DNA from: Balanoglossus misakiensis
Taxonomy: Eukaryota > Animalia > Hemichordata
Reading direction: 5' to 3'
Length of the DNA stretch: 64,000 nucleotides
Assembly: GCA_040954595.2 (NCBI GenBank)
Contig: CM082594.2
Span: 3,085,319 to 3,149,318, forward strand
Part shown: one piece after another, positions 25,601 through 39,100 of the stretch
How the letters are laid out: every line of letters starts with the position of its first letter
How positions within the stretch are numbered: the stretch's first letter is position 1
Notes under the pieces: generated by a model
What the model was told of the DNA's origin: nothing
Database searches by the model: none
What the model saw: the letters and a program-made list of their open reading frames with translations, nothing else
Made by a program: the position numbers and the translations under genes

Positions 25601-26555
25601 ATTTTCTTTATGTAATTTCAGACAAACCGAAGACCCTGAATGAACGCTTACAGGATCTCATAGACCAAGAAGAAAATGCACGTCGAATGCGCGGAAACGG
25701 TCATCGTAAGTTTTCTTGTCCAAGTTAATAACTGTCTGAGTTTTGCATTATCTCCGTGAATATTTTATTCTAAGATAAAACATTTTTTTATAACTTTTAC
25801 TACACCCCTATAATGGCTACTTGGCACGATTAAAATGGATGCCATTACGTCATGCAGCAACATTTCTATTATTCACTTCATTAACAACGGACAGAACAAA
25901 CGCAGTTACCACACTCAGACAAACAAATACTCATACACGAAAGCACACGGTAGACATAATATTTTGGATAAGTAGAAAACATCACGTCCGTTTATCATTA
26001 AATGCCTTCAATAAAGCCGAGGTTGGCATGATTCATTCCACTGAAGCAATAAACTGTTCATAATTATCATCTGACCATGGTATTACAGTCTTCGTTGAAT
26101 TGATAAAACCCAGAACTATCTTCGGCTATAAACCAGTTCAAAGATAGTGAAAGTTGTGGGTGTTTTGAAATTGGCATGGCAACTGGTTTAAAGAAATATT
26201 TTGAATCATAATGCAACAGAAGCAACTTTAATTTGTAGAACATGTAGATAGAAGACTGTTTTATCATGGAGCAACAAATATCTTCTTACACACCGTTTGT
26301 GTAAACTTTAATCGTTTCGCAGATGATGCAACCGTTGCTAGTGTCATACCTCCCGAACCACAGTGTCGCCCACCTTTGCAACATAAACAGCCCCCAACAC
26401 AACATTCCAATATAACTCCACAACAATTAGGTTATCAACATGACCAACAACAGACGTACCAGAAACAACAACAACAACAACAACAACAACCAGCTCATCC
26501 ACAGCGACAACAACAGTACCACCAGCAGCAGCAGCAACAACAACAACAACAACAG

Positions 26556-26586
<31 letters not shown>

Positions 26587-26648
26587 CAGCTCATCCACAG
26601 CGACAACAACAGTACCACCAGCAGCAGCAGCAACAACAACAACAACAG

Positions 26649-26679
<31 letters not shown>

Positions 26680-27371
26680 CAGCTCATCCACAGCGACAAC
26701 AACAGTACCAGCAGCAGCAGCAGCAGCAGCAACAACAACATCAACAACAGAAACAACAACAACAACAACAACAACCAGCTCATCCACAGCGACAACAACA
26801 GTACCAGCAGCAGCAACAACAACAACAACAACAACAACAACAGCAGCAACAGCATCAACTTCATCCTCAGCAACAAGATCACCAAGCACTAACGCACAGA
26901 AATGTTCAACAGCAGTCTGAACGCCCAGAGGGTCAGCAACAAGTGGCACCGTTACTCCGAGACCTTGCTACCGATGCCTCGACTCGCTCAGACGGAACAA
27001 CACCACCCCCTGTGCAAATCACACCAGAAGACATTAGTGGTTCACTCAACCACCATTTAACCCCATCAGTTGGCACGTTAGATAATTACCAATACCATGA
27101 ATACATCAGCAACCTACAGGATGCTATTAAAGAAAGCCTATTTGGCGCATCTGGCAGTACGCAAAGATTCCAACAGCCACCCACCTCTGATATTCAATGT
27201 TTTGCAGATGATGCAACTGTTGCTAGTGTCATACCTCCCGGACCAATGTGTCGTCCACCTTTGCAACATCAACAACCCCCAACACAACATTCCAATATAA
27301 CTCCAAAACAATTAGGTCATCAACAGCAACAACAACAGAAGCAACAACAACAGCAGCAGCAGCAACAACAA

Positions 27372-27405
<34 letters not shown>

Positions 27406-27590
27406 GACAACAACAACAACAGCAACAGTTACGACAACCAGCTCATCCACAGCGACAACAACAGTACCAGCAGCAGCAGCAACAACAACAACAGAAACAA
27501 CAACAACAACAACAACAACCAGCTCATCCACAGCGACAACAACAGTACCAGCAACAGCAGCAGCAGCAACAACAACAACAACAACAACAG

Positions 27591-27629
<39 letters not shown>

Positions 27630-27920
27630 CCAGCTCATCCACAGCGACAACAACAGTACCAGCAGCAGCAGCAGCAGCAACAACAACAACAACAGAAACA
27701 ACAACAACAACAACAACAACCAGCTCATCCACAGCGACAACAACAGTACCAGCAGCAGCAGCAACAACAACAACAGAAACAACAACAACAACAACAACAA
27801 CAACCAGCTCATCCACAGCGACAACAACAGTACCAGCAGCAGCAGCAACAACAACAACAACAGAAACAACAACAACAACAACAACCAGCTCATCCACAGC
27901 GACAACAACAGTACCAGTAG
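22683..27920 (+). CDS. Gene A copy 2 (A2): uncharacterised alpha/beta-domain protein with expanded poly-Q exon, 931 aa to the first stop
   Basis: Exons 22683-22968, 24042-24662, 25280-25486, 25622-25705, 26323-27920; all GT-AG, phase 1; exons 1-4 have the same lengths as in A3. CAG>TAG at 27918 and a 1-nt deletion near 28233 cut off the tail that ends at 28789. Confidence 0.7.
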
Positions 27921-27960
27921 CAGCAGCAACAACAACAACAACAACAGCAACAGCATCAAC
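26440..27960 (+). repeat. Coding CAA/CAG higher-order repeat (PAHPQRQQQYQ + Qn-K-Qn units) in two blocks
   Basis: Blocks at about 26440-26870 and 27320-27960, separated by duplicated unique sequence. Confidence 0.9.
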
Positions 27961-29592
27961 TTCATCCACAGCAACAAGATCACCCAGCACCAACGCATGG
28001 AAATGTTCAACAGCAGCCTGAACGCCCAGAGGGTCAGCAACAAGTGGCACCGTTACTCCGAGACCTTGCTACCGATGCCTCGACTCGCTCAGACGGAACA
28101 ACACCGCCCCCTGTGCAAATCACACCAGAAGACATTAGTGGTTCACTCAACCGCCATTCAACCCCATCAGTTGGCACGTTAGATAATTACCAATACCATG
28201 AATACATCAGCAACCTACAGGATGCTATTAAAGAAGCCTATTTGGCGCATCTGGCAGTACGCAAAGATTCCAACAGCCACCCACCCCTGATATTCAATGC
28301 CAACTTGGAGAAATCAAGAAGAATCAGAGCGACATACTGTTGAGACTGGACGGCATCGAACAACAGCTGAGAAAGACCAACGAACGGATGAACGAACTTG
28401 CAAACCGATTCGAATGTTTGGATGCGATTCCACGAAAACTCGAAGATGTCGAAAGTGAGCAGCTAACACAGACTGAACTATCGGGGCAACTGAGATCCGT
28501 TGACCTCAATGCTGCACTGCAGAAGGGGCCAACACGGGCTCAGGTGTCCCCAGAGACTTTAGAGACAAAATCGAAGAGCACAATGGAGCTGGCCAAGCAG
28601 GTGGAAGTGTCAGACGCGGGGAGCTTCCAAAACTGCGAGGAGAACGCCATGCGCGGGGAGTTGGCAGAACCATCGATGGTGTCCACAAGTGATCAACGTC
28701 ACCAAGAAAAGCACGCTGTTCAAGAAATTGAGTCTTCAGCAAGTGAGGCCGACCAAATACCTGGAGGGGTCACAGGTCAGACCGTTTGACCTGTCAGTGA
28801 ATGAGGCCTGACATACCAGAGGTGATACATGAGAATGTTGGAACAAATGGGAACCAGACTGAACACTTTGTCTCTTCGAACTCTGATGTATAATGCAATG
28901 TTCAATTTTAATTGAACTACATGTGGAGGGCCTGTACAAAGAACGCTGGTGGGATGTAGTACAAAGGGGTATGAATTATGATTGAAAGGGGCAAATGAGT
29001 TTTCAATTTTACTTAATTGAAGAAAATCCTCAATTACAAATATTTTATCAGATATTTTCTCCTTTCAAAACAATAGAGCAAATACACAATATCAGATAAA
29101 TTTTAACATTGAACATGCATGCAATTTCGTGATTTGGCTACAAGTTTTACTTGAATGACATTAGCTGTAAGTTTTGGCTTTGTTTTAGTTTTGTGTATCA
29201 AATGCTATGTTTTGCTCTACTCCAAACAGCATGTAGCATTTGATGAGCATACTTATTTTAGCTGGTAACGAGTTTACAACTTTACATCCATAGGTACAAC
29301 CTCGTACATGTAACTCGGCTGTCGACAGAAAGTTGATTGGGAAAATACACATAAGGCCTTGTAGCGGTAGGGCTGCGAACACACCAGGCAACCTAGCAGC
29401 ACCTACTACAATCATTGCAACTAGGCGGTGTGCAACAACAACGAACAAGTGAACGTCCTGAACATCGCGATGAGATTCAAAATCAGTGTGAAATTAGTTA
29501 AATTGCAAATAAAGCCAGAGGCCTTTCATTTCAAAGTTCAAGAGTCTCAAAGTCTGCTCATTTTTTAGGAATTTTCTGATGAGCACGGAGAG

Positions 29593-29880
29593 TCATATCT
29601 GACTGCACGACGGTGTTGTTTGTACGGTGGCAGGGGGCTGTGTCATGGAGGATGATCTCGTCGACGTCGCATTGGAAACATAAATATTGAACGAGCCGCC
29701 ATATATTACTGCGGCGCTAAATATAATACCCGTTGTCGCCGCTTCCATCTGACACGTACTGGAACTGATCGAACCAGATTTCACACGTAAAATTGCCCGA
29801 TTTTCGACGTGTTTGGATGAAGATGGAGCGAGGATGTTTGACATCTCTTCCTGCTGTCTGAGCGAGGCGGTGGTATTTTT
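29593..29880 (-). mobile_element. Possible C-terminal fragment of a Crypton-type (DUF3504-like) tyrosine recombinase
   Basis: TASLRQQEEMSNIL followed by a low-complexity tail and FSAAVIYGGSFNIYV; lies in an insertion absent downstream of A3. Motif recognition only. Confidence 0.4.
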
Positions 29881-30808
29881 TACAGGTGTAACTAACAATC
29901 GATTTTTTCCAAATCAATCACACAAGATAAATCTTTTATTTATGTGGCGGTGGGGCTCGGACGCTTATGTGTATATAAGGCTGCGGCTGCCGGGTGGGCG
30001 TGCGTACGTGACTGCTCCCCGGTGCGGACTGCAGGCAGGCGGGAAGGGGGCCGTAGACAAGGGGCCCCGCAAGACACGACGCACTTGTCAAGAGCACAAC
30101 AGCAACAAACGCCGACCGCAGTATTTATTTTAGGAACGTTGGTAACAGGGGTGCCCGCACAGAGCGGTCTCGGTGCCTTTATTTCTATAGTAAAACACAA
30201 ACAGCGGCCATGTTAGACCTCTATATGTCAAAGGTCTAGCTTGGGGACTTTCCCTCACATAACTGACACTAAGGGGCGGTCCGCTGAAGTCTTCAAACAA
30301 TGTAATGCATCGAATATCAAAGAAAGATTGAACACAATGAACAATAATGTAAAATATGATTTTGTAGGGAAATTTAACACTGAAATTATCCAATACAAGT
30401 AATACCCGGCCACATTTATAACACATGTTTAGAGTGAAATATCACCGGTGATATTTCACACTAAACGTGGTGACATTCACGTTACACGTCACTAGGAGGA
30501 GGTGATATCAGCATGAGCATATGATAATGTTACATGTTCAAATATGGAAAGTACAGTTTCCAAGTGTAGCATAGAGAAGGTCACACAGGTGTTATACCAA
30601 TATCAGACATTTTATGTTTAAGAGATACTTGTGAATCAGGTTATGTGTTTATTCGCCGTTAACGCCACATGAAGAATGGGTTAATACATCATAAAATCTC
30701 GGTACACGACTGCAACAAAAAACAAAACTCATCCTTCATTTGTTTCATTATCGAAACTTTGTTTTAAACGGTATTCATTGTCTCCTGTGTGTTAGAAAGA
30801 AGTACAAT

Positions 30809-31066
30809 TTCCACCAAGTAACCATTATCACTGAGCGTTGTAATGTTGTCAAAAAATTCCATTTTATTCTTTTTGTCGCTAGGCTGTGGCTGATAAAGTT
30901 CCAGCGTGTTGAGCCTAACGTCATCGGGAATCATGTCAAATTCACGGGCGTTTTCCTTCAGTTTGGCCGCCAGACTGCCGATGGTATCGGTCTCGTCGCA
31001 TTTAAACGGCAGCGCGTTCCCCCCTCGGCAGTTTCTGACATGCACGGTAATTTTGCCGCTCGCCAT
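30809..31066 (-). pseudogene. Orphan, 3'-truncated exon 1 of a deleted B1-type gene
   Basis: Nearly identical to 20813-21070 and its upstream region. Lacks the splice donor and is fused near 30808 to gene A downstream sequence (= 46370-46646). Confidence 0.88.
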
Positions 31067-33173
31067 TGTTGTGTGCTGTTTCCACCAGCTTATTAGTATA
31101 GTATGAAAGCACCTTGTTGTTACCAGGCGCCTATTGCGGTTTTGTCTATCTAATAAGCATACGGCGCGACACCGGAATGTTTTTTGCATGACATCGACAA
31201 GTCCCCAGATTACTATCATGATGAATGACCCTTGAGGAGTCCGGTCAAAAGGAGGTCATGATAGTTCCGCGTTTTCTGGTACATAATTTCAGAAAAATCA
31301 TAGTACTCGAAACTTTTAATACTTTACTATATTAACGTGTGCGAGGAGTTGTTATGACAATATAGTTGTTTTCATTTAAAAAAAATATCTTCATAAATCT
31401 TTCTTCATAGATCTCCTACCACCTGATTGACCACCCATGTCCCCTGTAAGGCAATCAGAGCTATCATGACCTCTCTTTGACCGGACTCCTCAAGGGTCAT
31501 TCATTATGTTAGTAACATAGGGACTGGTCACGCAAACAACATTCCGGTGATTTTTTGAACAATGTAAAATCCGTTTAGCAGACAAACTTCTGAAATAAAT
31601 GTTTTCCGTTTCTTTCACAATTAAATGTAATCTTACAGGGAGCATAATAACAACGCTAGAATCAGTGTATATTTTGCATAATTGGTTTTAAATTATCTCA
31701 AATATTGAACATGGCTTATCAGTAAAACAGTGCTGTTGTATACGTGTGTGGAAAGACACAGCCTGGCATAGCCCACACCTCTTTCAAAAACACACCGAGA
31801 AACAAAAACATATTTATTGACATGATATGATTGACGATTTAATAGCATTCTGTTATTCGAACCTTAAACTAAACGTAGCATCACATGGAAAGAAATCACA
31901 TTAAACCACGCCATGTACCCTCCATGAATTTGGTGCCCTTGGTGTTCCAAAGCACACTCGCATAGAACAAGCACCGGTTGAGTTGTTTCCATTCTCGCTG
32001 ACCCCTTAATAGTTGGGAGTGTGAGGTTGTCTTGTTTTCTTTGTTGTAAGCTGAATAATGGAGTGGAAGTTGACGAGCTGTTGGTTCTAAAATCCCAAAA
32101 TAGAATGCTTTATTAAAAGTGTTCGATTTTTCAAAAGATAAACAACAAAACGAACATTCAAATGTGTTTTGACACGCCTCAGCCGCCATATTAGTATGTA
32201 AGACATACACTTGCATGGGGGGGGGGGGGGGGGCTAAAAGCATGCAGAATGACACAAACCCCTTCGGTTATCCCATGTGCTACTTTCCTCGAGGCGAATT
32301 TCAAACCCCAGTCTCAGATAAATATATCACTCGAAGTTGCACAAGTCTTGTCCTGCTTATGAATACATGTAGGTCACAAAAAGTTGTGTTATAAATGCAC
32401 TACATTGTAAACAAGTACTCCCTTGTCTATATCCGTGGAAAGTTATTACACAAACGCTCCCAAATACACCACATCTGTCTTTCAGTGATAAATCAAACAT
32501 TTGCAAATAATTGTAATCATACCCATCCAAATTTTTAATATCATAGGTCAAATATATATAGTATTTGGATGGCTAGTTGCAAAGACAAACGGTTACAAAC
32601 GGATTCATTTACAACACAGCACACATAATCAGCAAAACACATACACAGTAACTGAACAAAGTTAAGTCCGTGAAAGAAAGATTGCCTTCCGAAACAAAAT
32701 ACCAGGAAATATTGCTATAAATAAGTCGATTTCAATTGACTAGTACGAATATGTATATATGTCCAAACAACATGCATTTAAATCAAGATATTTGATTTCC
32801 TTCAAAAAACGTTAGTGCACTTCAAACTCCATGCATGGATGAGCGCATGGTATTTGTCTAAACTGACAGAAAGGGACCATTACAAAATTTGAAAAGAATA
32901 GCAATTATTATTCGTTTGAAAACTAGCTATACCCAGACTCCATAAAGCATTCTGTCATTTAGTAATTACATTTTAATGCACAACAAATTATGTCTGATAG
33001 AAATAAAACGATCAAATTACAATGTATACAGGAGTATACAGTTTTCATATTCTCGGTATATGCTCAACAACACAAATAACTCCAAACGCGTTACTGTCTG
33101 TTTTGTTTTTATCTAATTTGTATTTTAGTTTTCAAAGTGTATTGATTCTCTCTGTCTCTGGCAAACGAGCTGC

Positions 33174-36100
33174 TCAAGATTCGAACTTATATTTTTTAGA
33201 CCTTGCTAACATTTGTTTCAGCATGGAAAAGACGTAGTTCCCTCGTTCCGATCCCATTAGATAGGCACCTTTAACCGACTTGTTTGAAATGGGGAATATG
33301 AATGTTTCGTCAATCCCAGTTATTTCTGATAGTTCTGTAATCTTCTCCTGTACTGCAGCGTCATCTTTCAATTCGTCAACGTGTGTTATTACCGCAGCCA
33401 CTGGAATTCCGTTCCCTGTAAAATAGTACCACAAACAATACCGAGTTAATTAAATTTGCTAAAATCGAAGGTAGTTCTACTGAATGTCATCGTAATTTAT
33501 GTCTACATTCATTTTCATTCGCTTATTATACACTATTCTACTTGCCTCTCCCTTGTCTTGCCTCTGCAACCACTAAATTATTCAGTTTGTCTGGGGAATA
33601 GGCACTTCCGTCGTGTACTATTACCGCCATATCCACACGCCCAGTGCTAGGTTTCTTCATGTAGGTCACCCAGGATTTGACCACGTTCTTGGACGCCCAG
33701 AAATCGGTCCTAGCGTCCTTTGGAAATTCCCCCCGTAGAATCCATCGTATGACATCACGAGTTTTCTTTTCGCCATTTTGCGTCTCGTACTGGGGAAGTC
33801 CGTTGCCGGGAACATCAAGGAGGGTGAAGTTGTGGCTTCCGACTTTAATTTGATGCGGTGAGATGACAATTGTACCAGCAGCCGTTCCTTTCCACACATC
33901 AGCAAGTGGTGTGTCCACGTCGGGCAGAACCTGTGAATGTCAAATTAGGCACCAAGCTTATACAGTGAGCGAGCAAATTAGGCCTATACAAATACGACTT
34001 CACAGTCATTCTGCATCTTCTTGATGATTGCTAATTGTACTGCTTAAGCTTTTTTCATGACATTTTCTCGAACAAATTGAGCAAATACATCATTATGTGA
34101 TCAATAACATATGGAAGAGGCATCTATTCTGTGTTATTTTTTAGGTCCCATTGGTATGTACCATGGGACCTTATGGGATCGGTTGCGTCTCTATGTATGT
34201 ATGTATGTATGTATGTATGTATGTATGTATGTATGTATGTATGTATGGATGTATGGATGTATGGATGTATGTCTGTATGGATGGATGGATGTATGTCGGT
34301 ATGTCCGTCCACATCAAAAACTTGAAAACCGCTGTGCGCATAACCTCGATATTTGGTGTGCAGATGCAGGCAGGGCTGTAGATGGGAGTTCGTTCAAATG
34401 AAGTTGTCATTGCCAAAAATGTGCAAATTAGCTGGGAAAATGTGAAATTGGTCAAAACTCAAAAACTCGACAACCACTGGTCATATTGATTTGAAAATCG
34501 ATTTCCTATTTTTTATGCATTTTTTTGTATTTTTCCATGTTATTGGTAAAAAGTCTTCATTTCTGAAAGTGATGGGCTTACTTCTTTGAAATTTAGTATG
34601 AAGCTTCCTAATGGTTGTCTGAGTAACCATAGTTTTGTTCAAATTGTTGCAAAATTTGCATATTTATAATTTTGAGCAATATTTGACATTTTTGGTCAAC
34701 ATTTTTTTCCTTTAAAACCGCATGCCAGATTGCTTTGCAATTTGGTAGGCATGTTCGTAGGGGTAACCTAAGTAATATGTTGTAAAAAAATTGATATTTG
34801 CATAAATGAGTTATCGGGGAAACTTTTGCAATTTCTGTCAGAAATTGTTTTCTCTGAAACCGCTTGTCACATTGCATTGAACTCTGGCAGCATGTTCCTT
34901 GTAGTGATTGAAGTAAGATATTGTACAATTTTGGTGATATTTGCATATTTGTGTTTTTGCCACTTGTTTTTGTCCAGTTGTTTTTTAAGTTACTATTTCA
35001 AGGAGTTGTTACCCCGAACTAAGACATGTTTACATAACTTTAATAGGCCAGCTGTTACAGAGACCACCAGCTATTAAATGTTTAATTACCAGTGGCAGGT
35101 CAGTGTGTGTCTGTCTGTCTGCATGTGTGTCTGTTCCAGGGCTGACTGAAAGAAGTTGCTTCTCATATGTGTTTGTACAGACAATTTTTGGTCAATTTTT
35201 TTTCTAGCACCACTTGACTGCCATGACACATGACAGTTTATTGGGCATGTTCCTTGTTAATTTTTTACATTCCATATTTCTATATGGTAAGATCATATCT
35301 GCTTGCAATGTCACCTGTAATTTTTATTCTGGTGTGTCACTGTTTCCGCATAATCTTCAAATGGGACCACAGTGTCCTTGACGCTATTTTTTTTAATTTC
35401 AAATATACAGGACAAAAACAAGAACGTCGACAAACACAAGAAAAAGAAAGAAACCACAAAAAGAACACTAATCAACAAAAAAGTTGACAAAAGCTCCCCA
35501 TTTTTCTAGTTGTATCCCCTGTCTATCATTTTAGGTGGCTACATTTTCTTCTATTTTATAGATAGTTTTCACCTATGATTTAAACTGAAGCATATTCGGC
35601 AAAACATTAGACACTTTACATTTAAACATATAAAAGCGTCCAATCAGAAGGATGAGATTTGCAAGTTGACTATCCCCCCTCATCTGCATTACCGAGAATA
35701 CAATACATTGCACGTAACCTTAGTGTACAACTGTATTATGTGTAACATTATAGAACCACTCTTTCACTTAAATCCAAACCCGACTAGTATAAATACAATC
35801 CCCCAAAAGATGGTAGTAATCCTCTACAACATCTTTACAGAAAATACAAATTGGGGAGTCAATTATTCGCCATTTGTGAAGCAGGCGATTTGAAGGCAAG
35901 ATCTTCATAATCAGTTTGTACTGAAAATTAGGGGCATCTATTGTGTGTTATGTCACACAGAAACGATTAAGAAATTGTTCAAAACACACAGGCATCAAAA
36001 TAAAGGTAACACAAACAACGCTAAAAGCTGGGACGAGAAGCATTACAGGCAATCTTGCTAAAAATCTGGCTAAATGATGTAACATTGGAGTTTCTTTGGG

Positions 36101-39100
36101 CCTCAAAAACAAAACAAAATCACATGTACTAACCTAAATCACGACCATGTTGGAGGAGTAATATAGGAAACAAACAAATCTGCTTCTATACTGTGTGCAT
36201 GCTTTTGTCTAAATGGACACTGTATGGCATTGCAACTAAATGATATCCCGAGATACTGCGTTACTCGGTTAATTATCGAAGCAATCGGTTGTTAACAAAA
36301 TAAAAAAATCCAGACTCTTATCTGTATGAAACCAGAACAGATGCATGGGTTTAACTAAACAATAATTTGAAACTTTTGTGCGGTTTAAAAATACGATAGG
36401 CCATGAGTTGTTTGCCATGTGCCACGTGAGAACGTCCCCCCCCCCCCCATATAAATTGTATGGCCTCGCGCGCGAGATCTCGCAGTGTCTCGTGGAATTC
36501 GAAAATGGTCTATTGCCAGCACAGGTGCAGAAAGCACATCTCACCTCTCCGATGGTGTTGATTGTTGAAGATTTCCCATGTGCAGGTGCACCAAAGAAAG
36601 CAATCGTTTGGCCAGCACAATTATTTTCAAGTTCATCTGAAATAAAGATACAAGAAAGAATCGACCGATATTGACGTTAATCAATGAAAGTATTGTTTGG
36701 AGGCAAAAATTGTAGAAAAAGGTCTAAAATCCATTTTACGGCATAGATGGACCGACGCCGATATCAGCTGTCGTCTTCTTGCGCGATGCTGCACCATGAG
36801 TCTAGCGGCTAGACGTCTTTGGCTCAACCCATTCTCAGTCATGATTGGTACAACCCTTGTAATGTAACTGAGTCCACGAACAAATTTTCAGCAATAATCT
36901 AATATGTATTACGAATAAAATTGTGCCATTCTTACCGATTGTCACCGTTTTTACTCCTTTCTCTTCAGTGCGAAATACAACTATCTGGTCTTGAAGATCA
37001 CCAACCGTATCGTACGGCTCGAGTGCTACTGGGACATCGCCTGCTTTTTGGCCAGGTTTAACCAAAACTACGATTTTTTGGGGGTCTTCCAGATCCCTGG
37101 CGTCACTCAATGACAAACCGAAACGGTCGATGTCATTCTTTATGTATTTTATTACATCAAGGACTGTGTCTTTTTCCCAGCAGTCAATGACCTCAGCGCG
37201 TCTGGAGGTTATATGCCTGGCATATATCTTGATTTCTGCAACAACAAAAATGTTTTTGAGGTATTTGTAATCTTGCCCAAGAAAAGATGAGATGGTCCTC
37301 TCTTGAAATTGAGAATAAAAATTGCACTGTCCGAAGGTTTTAATGAATAAGCTAAATTGTCTCAAATTTGAAATTCAAAATGGCCGCCAATCCTTATGTT
37401 AACCTTATGTAGAAAATTTGTATTAAACGAAACGGTGAAAACGCTATTTCCTATTTTTTTGTCAAAAAGAAACTTCACACACTTCAATAAAGCAAAGAAT
37501 TGAAGAGTTCGGAGAGCTATTATATTTCTGAAAATCTGTCCCGAAGACGCACATTACCGTAAAATTAAAATGTTAAAACATGTATCAGAGAAAATTGCAT
37601 ATCAAATTGCATAACACATGTCCACAGTCTTTCTTGGATTTACATGAAAGGAAAATGCATGGTAATCTCTACTGGCAGCGGTTTCAACCTGTACTTACGA
37701 AGAGTTCGCGCCTTTGTGACGAGTACAACCGAAGCATGCGACGCATGAATTTGTTGACATAGACATTTGATTGACATGTTTGTTACCTGAGTCGTGTGCA
37801 AAAAAATCAGTCGATATCGAAAGAGCTCTGTGTTTCGAGCAGCAAAAACACGAGAGAATTTGCACCCGTTAAGAACTGTACTTACGAAGAGTTCGCGCCC
37901 TTGTGACGAGGACAACCGAAGCATGCGACGCATGAATTTGTTGACATAGACAATTGATTGACATGTTTGTTACCTGAGTCGTGTGCAAAAAAATCAGTCG
38001 ATATCGAAAGAGCTCTGTGTTTCGAGCAGCAAAAACACGAGAGAATTTGCACCTATTAAGATGGGTCCCTAGGATCTTTTTGCTCGTTGCTATGGGCCTT
38101 TATAGGACACTACACTCAATTTTGATCGAAACCGTTATGAACGTCCGACAAGGGGCTTGTAACTAGTTAAAAATACACACGATTGTGTGCACACCCCCTG
38201 TCTGAGTATGTTTACGGCAGCTACCGCCCGGCCATAGGCCGCCACGCTAATACGGCAAAGCAGCGGTCAGCGATAGCGTGCGCGTCCTGTAACCACAGTA
38301 ACTGGATCGAACGCTAAAAATCCAATGTTTTGTACACAGAGATTTTGTACCGTTCACGAAAATCCCTAAGGCTTTTTTCACAGGCGACGTAGGCCAGCCA
38401 AATTTGACCTGCTTGTTGAGAACACACTTCCGCACAGTGTGACGGATCGTTTTTTCGGTTTTCGTCGTGCTAAGAAGCGATACCAGTGGAAGAGTGCGTC
38501 CAAAAACACCCAAAATCGATGACTTTTTCAGGTGTGGTACGGGTATGCTGAAATCGTAGGATACAACGATAATATTCGAAAACAAAATCCGTCACGATCT
38601 TCCCTGGTTCAAGCAACTAATGAATACGTATCAAGTTCGTTTTTGAGGTCACGGAATAAAAAGCCTTAGGCTTTTGAAATTTGACCTAACTAATTTGCAT
38701 ATCAATGGCGTCAGGGGGCGCGCGCTCACAATCGTGCGTATTTTTAACTAGTTACCAGCCCCTTGTTAGACTCTGAAAACGGCTTAGTCCAAATCGGGGT
38801 GTAATGTCCTATAAAGGCCCATAGCAACGGGCAAAAAGATCCTAGGGACCCATCTTAAGAACTGTACTTAAGAAGAGTTCGCGCCTTTGAGGCGAGGACA
38901 ATCAAAGCATGCGACGCAGAAATTTGTTGACATAGACAATTGATTGACATGTTTGTTACCTGAGTCGTGTGCAAAAAAATCAGTCGATATCGAAAGAGCT
39001 CTGTGTTTCGAGCAGCAAAAACACGAGAGAATTTGCACCTATTAAGAACTGTACTTAAGAAGAGTTCGCGCCTTTGAGGCGAGGACAATCAAAGCATGCG

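Noticed and set aside
26344-28050. Long poly-Val, poly-Leu, poly-Thr (mucin-like) and poly-Asn ORFs
   Set aside because: Alternative frames and strands of the CAA/CAG repeat; only the Gln frame is in phase with the upstream spliced exons.
36570-36593. B2 P-loop GAPAHGKS as an inactivating change relative to B1 GAPGHGKS
   Set aside because: It still satisfies GxxxxGKS; no basis to call it dead.
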